Shown here: positions 9,301-16,900 of the stretch, one piece after another
Position numbering within the stretch: position 1 is the stretch's first letter
How the letters are laid out: every line of letters begins with the position of its first letter
Sequence record: MN642089.1
Direction: 5' to 3' (one strand)
DNA: 64,000 nucleotides
Origin: Klebsiella phage N1M2
The notes under the pieces: generated by a model
What the model was told of the DNA's origin: nothing
What the model saw: the letters and a program-made list of their open reading frames with translations, nothing else
The model's database searches: none
Position numbers and translations under genes: made by a program

Positions 9301-10098
9301 GGTGGTTCCAAAATTTATCAAGGCGCTTGCACTTCAATTCCATTTAAGAAACGTGACCCAGATACGGGACAGGTAACTGACAACTCCACGTATCTTATCA
9401 ATCTTCGTTTCGATGGTAAATATTCCGCCCTTTATGGGGATGGTCGACCCAATATCTTTATCGAGATGGATGCCGCTACACACGGTATTATTCAATTACA
9501 ACAGTCATTTGGAGCATACTGGAATCTTATCGGTTCTGTAGATCACATGCCTTGGTATGGAGTGATTAATACCACAAAAGGATTGAATCTATTTGAAACA
9601 GCTGGTAACGGTGGACAAGTTCTGAACCAATATAAAGGAGCTTGGGAAGCAGCCGCACCAAGTGACTACTCCGGACCTATGGCTGTTGGTGCGACGAACA
9701 TCATCACACCAGCCTATACAGTCTATTTCCAGAAAATGACCAACATACTGTTAGCAGGAAAGATGTACAATATCCCGGCTCAGTATATCGACATCCTTGA
9801 CCAAGATCCAGATCCGGCTAATAAGGTTTATTATATTTACCTTTATTATACCGGTGGTATGGCCAAATATGTCGTCACTAATGAAGTACGACCAGAAACA
9901 TCAAGTCAGTCATTAATCGCTACTGTTTATTGTGGACCTACCCAGATTGACAGAATCGTTCCTTATAACAGATTCTCTCTTGATGGCGCTTCCTTCACAA
10001 CCAACAGACAAGGTTCTTCTGTACTTGGTTCTACTGGTTCTGTATTTGAAATTGGTGATACGGATGCTATTTTGAAACCTGGTGACTTTATACCTTAA
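6379..10098 (+). CDS. tail fibre protein (1239 aa)
   Basis: N-terminal fibre anchor motifs 'VDWENIKNKP...IHQHD', 'HDAHGNYKDKIGLPLVDNIPAATLQE', 'IPPTISGSFEGLGG'; large Trp/Gly-rich distal part. Confidence 0.65.
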   Translation: MIKEDIPLYKLDLTGEDRFNKVNMEYMYRQDVKNNNIVIPNFAPFYQKSVRLYDKNKKPLIEGDDYEFYGIMGKLTKFTGKPVGLFIRILKDEITDWYIDYQVVGNFNKITNEILNMLKSIHEDDRYVDWENIKNKPLWFIPEIHQHDLAYQIYGFTDLVRELNRIAELQATMISAQDFMVQTLKQHLLVYVEGYRKVIYDLVDSHINNKHDAHGNYKDKIGLPLVDNIPAATLQETLEGVRDDLTITPFNAKRAAMAASGTNERLYPSGSLPILRYGSDTFIPPTISGSFEGLGGLNRQSGAIVETDGTLLMLQHRNNGKIRGLYFIRSINWRSQDPDYEFTSYQYIHPTAIADGAQLDTIVNGSNRYIMVVGDSVKNIWYWCETKGTFNPNRHILHRITGEWVDRDLADRRGGWIDYPTSKMCLLADSNYANTWCIVQGFNLWQFEERRQLEHPSNWYNVRGCNLGEAGFSFHVFHNLSSKGIRAKVDFTHPVFGNKNDQYFTPWWPQFGKDGEEDYEIISHYAKYEPPVKVVWGHRSIFSYWKKDPKEDIWNFRLQFTTAESDKPGGWNGYHANFRAKLTFDFNGDNVTVHVRPTEGNQRLYTIDPYNRKPGVKEYDEYYKWIFTNSYPDGCDLIGHAMVADDLIIFADGASNGTFPSPYFLLHADWLKSAENFLMPMGQSSYYDGPKGHYRTFDELNPLGLSAGFVGNYYFPMNSNDPKSGCIMTKQLIVKNGQSVPEWVGRKTDIYNDDFSCRKPPQISNYDGNNVEHYPYLSEVHRTNLGQQVRFNNISKPVGVANPYNRPNIYAVSMMGASAGTRLMGNGDGGFGFVGDGLLAWEMETKLQDDIITFTPKVVFDLNTFVRNQLVQIFAPLGFTAEQVRDSWNVSRFVDTRGYIREIFGVYRIDPNGHCITGVVVGMLGGYSSPTNKDGYTYYRDVIWNQASPPKSVLTDKLGAPGGGDYWYNYWNAPGGSKIYQGACTSIPFKKRDPDTGQVTDNSTYLINLRFDGKYSALYGDGRPNIFIEMDAATHGIIQLQQSFGAYWNLIGSVDHMPWYGVINTTKGLNLFETAGNGGQVLNQYKGAWEAAAPSDYSGPMAVGATNIITPAYTVYFQKMTNILLAGKMYNIPAQYIDILDQDPDPANKVYYIYLYYTGGMAKYVVTNEVRPETSSQSLIATVYCGPTQIDRIVPYNRFSLDGASFTTNRQGSSVLGSTGSVFEIGDTDAILKPGDFIP

Positions 10099-10113
10099 AA
10101 CTAAATAACTACT

Positions 10114-10135
10114 GGGGCGATCTTTTGATCGCTCC
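10114..10135 (+). terminator. hairpin terminator
   Basis: 'ggggcgatc'-tttt-'gatcgctcc'. Confidence 0.45.
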
Positions 10136-10158
10136 AATAGTTTATTATCGAGGTTGAA

Positions 10159-13100
10159 ATGAAAGATTTAGATATTGTCGATATCGATTACTCGGCTAAG
10201 AAAGCTGAGTTTAAGAAAGAAGACAAAGTAGATCTTGCTAAAATTTCTCCACCATGGATAGTACCAGAAGAAGGTCCGATGTATGGGGACAATACTCTTC
10301 GGGTTATCAGAGGTGGATTGGATTTAGTAAGAGGTAAGGATTGGGTTCCTGTAACGGACGTCCCAAAATTATCAGAGCTTACTGGTAAACCTGTTTATCT
10401 TTATATCGAATTAAAAGACCACGTCCTGGCAACAGGTGGTGAAGTAAGTGTTGTTTATCAGCGAGTGGGTAAACCAGTAATATCTGTTAAGACATTATTG
10501 GATATGCTTCAGCAAATGGTTATTGAAGGGAAACCAGTTGACTGGGAAACCCAGATCAATAACAAGCCAGACACTTACTACCCAGCGTGGCACTCTCACG
10601 ACATTCAAAACCCAAATGAGTTAGTTGGGTTTGGTGGTCTGGTTGAACTGTTTAGTATGTTTACTTACAGAGCAAAAGCCGACGGTGGGAAGGTTCGTGA
10701 GTTACTGGAAAAACTCCAGAAAGAAGTTTGGGATAAATTAAACTATACCCAGAAACTTCTTTGGGGTGTAATTATGGATCATAGCCGTAATTACCAAAAC
10801 CCACATAAGTTAAAGCCAGCCGATATCGATCTGGGTAATGTTGGGAACTTTGCAACTGCAACTCCTCAACAAGATGCCGACGCAATGCGTGATGATCTGT
10901 ACTCGACTCCAGCTGGTCTGAAAAGACTCACTGAAGAACTTGCGCCAGATACAGAAGACTTCATTGTTCAGTCCGAATTACCTTTCGGGTACTTTGGTTC
11001 TGGCATCTATATCCCGCCACCAATCACAGGTTCTTTCGAAGGACTGGGTGGTGACTATGAGAACTCGGCTTTCTGTCAGGAAGGGAATGGTTGGACTGTT
11101 GGGTTGTTAAGAGCATTTGATGGTCGTGTTAAGAACCTGTATTACATTTATAAGACAGATGTAAGAAACAGGGACGAGAAACTTGTTCCTTGGTTACACA
11201 CCTACGTCCAATACCAGCATCCAACAATTACTGCTGACGGCTTGGAACCTAACTACGTTATTAACGGTTCTAATAACGATATCATCATGTTGGGTGTTAG
11301 TGATAACCCGACAGAACAATTGAAAGCGGATGAGAAGTTTTATATAAGCTTATCCAACTCAACTTTCGATCCAAATAGCCATGAGTTTAAAGAAACCAAC
11401 TTTGCTGAATTAAGAGGTCCTGAGGATTTAGTTCCGGCCGCTGGTTATACCACAATAGCACATGTTGGTTCTTGGGTTTATCTGATTGTTTCTTATAACA
11501 CCAAAGAAGGATTCACCCAACCAGATGGTGTTGGTGTAACCAACTATCAGCAATGGTTCTATCGTGCTAAATACTCAGACATCAATAATAAAGATGTTGA
11601 CAAAGTAGTATTCCAGCAAGTTGATGTTACCTATGATAATGTCTCCAGAGTGAGAAAATCTGGTAAGGCAATGGCGATGATAGATTATCAGGCCAATGCT
11701 GCTGGCGAAATAACACGAGGGTTGGTTAACTACATCCCTTCTGTAACCACTGCAGAATCTCACAGACGTCGACAATTTATCATTGTTAACAATCCAAATA
11801 ACCCAGCTTTGTCACGGGTGAGGATACTAGCTATCTCATACGCGACCAAGACAACTCAAAACTCAGCGTATGCTGGTTGGGCGAACTTGATCGTCGATTA
11901 TGAATGGAACGGGGAAACGAATACCTGGACACTCTCTCCTCATTGGGAGTTTGGGACCTGGAGCGTTGAAACTGGGTCCATCATAAGTCCTACCAAAAGT
12001 TGGTTAGAATGGTGTAACGGGAATAATGAATCCCGATATCATTCTCAGTCATTCGCTATTAACGCCGGTAGTTATATTCCTGGGTTTGGTTTTGTTAGTA
12101 TCGGTTCTAGACAAACAGGTACACCGCCACTAATGGCGATATCTACGATCTATAACCGTGATGGTGATCCTCAACGCGATTATGAGTATATGGGTTTACC
12201 TCCTAACTGGACCACTGATTCTGGACTGTATAATGGTTGGTGGAACCAAATGGTATTAAGATCTCCATTTGGTGTATCTGGGTTCCCTCGTTTCTATGCT
12301 GACCTGTATCGCTTGGATGGTAAGATCAGACAAACCCCAATAGAAATATTCATGGCAGAAACTGAAGATCAGGATACTGCTAGTTTCTATCGTATTACTG
12401 AAGGTGGGGAAGGTGACAATTACGATAAACGTGATTCTCTCCAATCCAAATACATTCAGATGCCAATCTATGGTCGTAAAACAAACTCTAATTTTGGTAA
12501 GGTTAGTGGAACTCACTACGATGTGGCTACTGTTAACAGACCTAAGAAGAAGGATGTTAAAAGTAGAGAGACAGGTGTGTTTGGATATTTAAGACGCGGG
12601 ATCATTAAGAACCCTGGCGCACCATACATGTTCAGTCGTAAAACTTATGACGACGGAAGCATTAAAGAAATTGTTCAGGAAAATGATGGCAGTATTATTG
12701 TTAACCTGAACCTTAACTTTACAATGGAGCCACTGTCAAAAGTAATCTACGCCAAACCTATCGCTCAAGAGAAATTGAGAATACCTAAAGCAATTTGGGA
12801 AGGTGTGATTAAAACAGCTTTAGAAACCCACTATAGCAAAACTATAGATATGGGTGTCAGTTTCTATGTCTGTCAAGACCCAGGAACTAATGCTGACCAA
12901 CCATACTGCATGTTCTCAATTATTTACCACATCACCGACAATCCTAGGTTAACCAGATCTATCATTGGTCGGTTTAATTGGGATGTTGAGTCGGTAGGAG
13001 CGGATGGTATCAGAGTCATGAAGATGGGTGCTATTGATTATCCATTTAGTGGTTCTAACTACGCCAAGCAACGGTTAGTTCCTCCTTCTCAAAACCCAGA

Positions 13101-13923
13101 GAACGTTATCTCTTATAATGAACACCAAACTAATACTGATGGATCATGGGCTGGTTTGGAATATCGTTATGGTCTTAACATCTGTTATCCACATGTCGAA
13201 ATTCTTGACTTCCCAGAGGAAGGACCTAGAAATATGGAGATATGCTGGTTTACAGGAATACAGATTAAGACAACAGGTAACGCCACCACTCAACGTACAT
13301 TCTTAAGGGTGCGTAATAACCAAACCATCGAGGCTACTTCAGCCACTGGTAATGGTCAGTCCTTTAACGAATACTACTGGCAAGTCCAGGCCAACCCACA
13401 GTGGGGATGGTTGCAAGGTGTTCCTGCTGCTGAGTCTGGTGGTGCGATGGACTTGATGGTTCCATGGAAAGGTCCTGAGGGAAGTCTCCAAGCAGACCAA
13501 GACAAGTACGTTATGCTTGGCGCTACTTACGTTGAGGGTAACTGGTCTGTATTTATCAATGCCGATATTAATGTAACCTTTAATGGATACTCGATGCCGG
13601 CTAAGATGACCAACTGGGATTTGAGAGATCTTACCGATGTCTATCGTGATTCAACATTTTACCTTTACTGTGTCTCTGATGGTTCTGCTGCTCGGTATGA
13701 TATATCCAAGGTTTTAAGACACCATAACCCATCAGCTATTCTGGTTGGTGTCATTACGACAGATTCCTTTGGTATTGTTACCATTCAGCGTTATCAAAGT
13801 TTCACCATTAGTGGTTATCCTTTAACCCGTCAGCGTGATACAGGTGTGCCAGTATCTTCTGGAGCTATCACGGAACAAGGTACATATAAGTTCCTGAAAC
13901 GTAGCGAGTTGTATACAGGTTAA
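10159..13923 (+). CDS. tail fibre protein (1254 aa)
   Basis: Paralogous N-terminus 'VDWETQINNKP...HSHD', 'IPPPITGSFEGLGG'; followed by hairpin terminator. Confidence 0.65.
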   Translation: MKDLDIVDIDYSAKKAEFKKEDKVDLAKISPPWIVPEEGPMYGDNTLRVIRGGLDLVRGKDWVPVTDVPKLSELTGKPVYLYIELKDHVLATGGEVSVVYQRVGKPVISVKTLLDMLQQMVIEGKPVDWETQINNKPDTYYPAWHSHDIQNPNELVGFGGLVELFSMFTYRAKADGGKVRELLEKLQKEVWDKLNYTQKLLWGVIMDHSRNYQNPHKLKPADIDLGNVGNFATATPQQDADAMRDDLYSTPAGLKRLTEELAPDTEDFIVQSELPFGYFGSGIYIPPPITGSFEGLGGDYENSAFCQEGNGWTVGLLRAFDGRVKNLYYIYKTDVRNRDEKLVPWLHTYVQYQHPTITADGLEPNYVINGSNNDIIMLGVSDNPTEQLKADEKFYISLSNSTFDPNSHEFKETNFAELRGPEDLVPAAGYTTIAHVGSWVYLIVSYNTKEGFTQPDGVGVTNYQQWFYRAKYSDINNKDVDKVVFQQVDVTYDNVSRVRKSGKAMAMIDYQANAAGEITRGLVNYIPSVTTAESHRRRQFIIVNNPNNPALSRVRILAISYATKTTQNSAYAGWANLIVDYEWNGETNTWTLSPHWEFGTWSVETGSIISPTKSWLEWCNGNNESRYHSQSFAINAGSYIPGFGFVSIGSRQTGTPPLMAISTIYNRDGDPQRDYEYMGLPPNWTTDSGLYNGWWNQMVLRSPFGVSGFPRFYADLYRLDGKIRQTPIEIFMAETEDQDTASFYRITEGGEGDNYDKRDSLQSKYIQMPIYGRKTNSNFGKVSGTHYDVATVNRPKKKDVKSRETGVFGYLRRGIIKNPGAPYMFSRKTYDDGSIKEIVQENDGSIIVNLNLNFTMEPLSKVIYAKPIAQEKLRIPKAIWEGVIKTALETHYSKTIDMGVSFYVCQDPGTNADQPYCMFSIIYHITDNPRLTRSIIGRFNWDVESVGADGIRVMKMGAIDYPFSGSNYAKQRLVPPSQNPENVISYNEHQTNTDGSWAGLEYRYGLNICYPHVEILDFPEEGPRNMEICWFTGIQIKTTGNATTQRTFLRVRNNQTIEATSATGNGQSFNEYYWQVQANPQWGWLQGVPAAESGGAMDLMVPWKGPEGSLQADQDKYVMLGATYVEGNWSVFINADINVTFNGYSMPAKMTNWDLRDLTDVYRDSTFYLYCVSDGSAARYDISKVLRHHNPSAILVGVITTDSFGIVTIQRYQSFTISGYPLTRQRDTGVPVSSGAITEQGTYKFLKRSELYTG

Positions 13924-13929
13924 TAGAAT

Positions 13930-13945
13930 GGGGAGGAAACTCCCC
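13930..13945 (+). terminator. hairpin terminator
   Basis: 'ggggag'-gaaa-'ctcccc' + tttcttattt. Confidence 0.6.
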
Positions 13946-13966
13946 TTTCTTATTTAGGAGATTTTC

Positions 13967-16900
13967 ATGTTTGTAGATCCAGATAAACCCTTACCGCCTG
14001 CTGGTGCTAAGGTTGATACACTTGGTTCTGTTCTGGAAGCAATTATTGAAATTGGAAATGCTAAAGCTGTTAGCACCGGTGATGCGGTAGAGTTTGAAAA
14101 ACGTATTACTGAAGCATTACAGGAAACTGATAAAGTAATTGATGGTTTCAGACAAGACGCCACCAACAAAATTAAAGAACACACCGATAAAGAAGGTGCT
14201 GTTCATGGCGAGACCAAAGAAACTGCTGGTTTGGGTTTAAAAGAAAACTGGAAGATGGCGACACCCCAGGAACATTTGGATGGTGAATCACAAGAGAGCT
14301 TCTGTAACCCCCTTGGATTAGCTGCGTTAGTTAAACGCTACATGTCCATCGATCCAACCAACTATATTCGTTCTCGTCTGATGCCAATTGCATCAGGTGG
14401 TCAATTGGGTAATGTCCCTCAGTGGCCATTTAACTGGCGTGAAGGTGAGGTGGTAGAATCACCATTATCATCTATGGATTATTATACACAAACTCCTTGG
14501 CAGTTCTCTACAGACCAAGGTGTGCGTTTATATCCTTCTATGAACGGTTCAGATATCCTTACTCAGAAAAGACCTGACGTAGGGCGTGCTAGACGAGCTG
14601 TAACGCCTTGGGGCGGTACCGATGTTCGTATTTATAATAGCACCTTAGATATCCGTAGAACACGTCCTGGTGTCTTACGTGCAGAATCTAACATAGAACC
14701 AAATAACCAATTGTTAAAAGGTTCACCGCATCTTTTCGATAGACACAGCGTTTTCTACATAGAAAACCAAGATGTCAAGGTCAGAGCGTTTAACAAAATC
14801 AGATTGCCATTCGACACACTTAAGAATGATGGGGCGTTCGCTAAGAACTGGGATGGGATTGTGGAATCTAGAGAGTCCACTATCTATAACCCGGTAATTA
14901 CAATGCAACGTGGTAACTTAGGTGCTGGTGAAAGTATTTATCTTTCAATCAATCTGGATTTGTATAGCTTCACTGAGCATGGCACGGCTGCCAAAGACGG
15001 CCCTGGTAACCCAGCTGAAACAGTCGCCACACTAGGTGACAAATATGACACCATCAACTGGTTGGTGGGTAACAAGAAGTTCGTCATTTATAATCGTCCT
15101 AATGGAGCAGGTAAAGGTATTTTCCTTGACTTGAGAAGTATTCTTAATTTCACTCCTGCGCAATTGGATGGATTCTGGGTCAATGCTGACCATTCCCACG
15201 AACTTCATGTAGCGTTTACCTGGTTGAACAGACTCAAGGGTGAGTTCGCCATTCGTGTTCCATTGGGTTTCTACTCTAAAGACCGTAAATACTACATCAA
15301 CTACTACATGGACTTGTCATTCAAATCCAAAGAACTTGGTGATGGTAAGACAGCAACTATCACTATTGATTCACTGCGAGATATTGATACCAATATCCAG
15401 ACCTTGAATGATAACTTCCAGGTAGAACCAGACGGGCGTTTTGTTGAGTATCCTGCCGATGTCACTAACGATATCTTCCACCCACGTATTTTTGATGGGA
15501 TCTTTGAATCTCAGGGTGGGCATATCAAAACCTATACGTACTATAACCGTCAGTACGTTGGTTACTACCAACATAATGTTGGTGGGACTAAAGAGTGGAT
15601 CGCTAATGGTGATGAGATTAAACCTAAGTTGATTAAATACAACTACGGTCAAATCTCCACACTTAACCAAGACGGTCTGTATGGTGACCACCTAAGACAT
15701 ATCCCGCTGGGTGTAACTGGCGATACCGTCAACTATCTGACATTAACTCGTGATTGGTCAAACACCTATCGCTGGGGTATCGTGAATGCAGAACTGGATA
15801 ACAAGCCAGTTATGTATAGCAGTGCTGATCATGCATATGGTCCTTGGCGTAATACCTTGATCTGGGTAAACCCTAACTACACTAGAGTTCCAGACTTCTT
15901 AGTTGTGAATGAGGAAAACTCCTCCAACTTTGATGTGAACTGTATGGTGTTCAATACCCAGAATGAGTTTAAGGGTTATGCTCAATTCTCTTATAGTACT
16001 GCAGATAGTCAGTCTACTATAGAGGGTGTTGATCCAGTTGAGATAGATGACCAAATCCTGTCTTACATCGCTACCTTTGGTGGTGGTTGGACAAAGAACC
16101 ATCGACAGATGTTCTACTTCCAAAACAGACTGTACTTCTTTAGTCAGTGTCTGTCCATCCCAGAATGGCCGGCTGATGACGTTGACTGTTACTATGGTTG
16201 GATTAGCGGTGCTTACATCGACGTGACCGATGGCGTCAAAACCATCAAGATCAACGGTAATTTAAAAGATCAAACCGTAGCTAAACCGCTCAAAGTAAAT
16301 AACAAGAAGTCAGCAACTAACGATTGGAATAGCGTATTTGGACGAGATCGTTTCGACTCTACCGATACATACCTTATGTTGATGAACCGTAATGGTAACG
16401 TTTCCAAATACAAACTGATGGTTAACCTGGCGCCTCATAACAACTTCTACTTCGAATTTGAATTGGTCGTTGATGCGGGTAATGGAACTACCACTCTGCA
16501 ACCTGACCCTAGTGCTATCGATCCAGTGTTCCCATATGACCCTGCAAAAGGTTATGCGGTTGACTATGAAGCCGTCTCTGCATATGGCACATTAGTTCCA
16601 CACCACATGCACGTAAACTTCCAGTCCCCGGTAATGATGAAGAAATCTCTTTGGAGTTATCGCAAGACGCCTGGTGTTTATGGTGTGTTCTCAATGTCAG
16701 GGAAAACTACCATTGTTAATGGTGGGTTGATGAATGCCATTGAGGGAACTAACATTTATCCAATGGGATCGTTATTAACCATTGGTGGTGGTAACACACT
16801 AGTTAAAATTCCGGTAGATGCCAAAGATTCATTCTATCCTGCAAGTGATGAACTGTTTGTAAGACAGAACGGTACCATTCTTGAGTTGTATGGTCGTAAC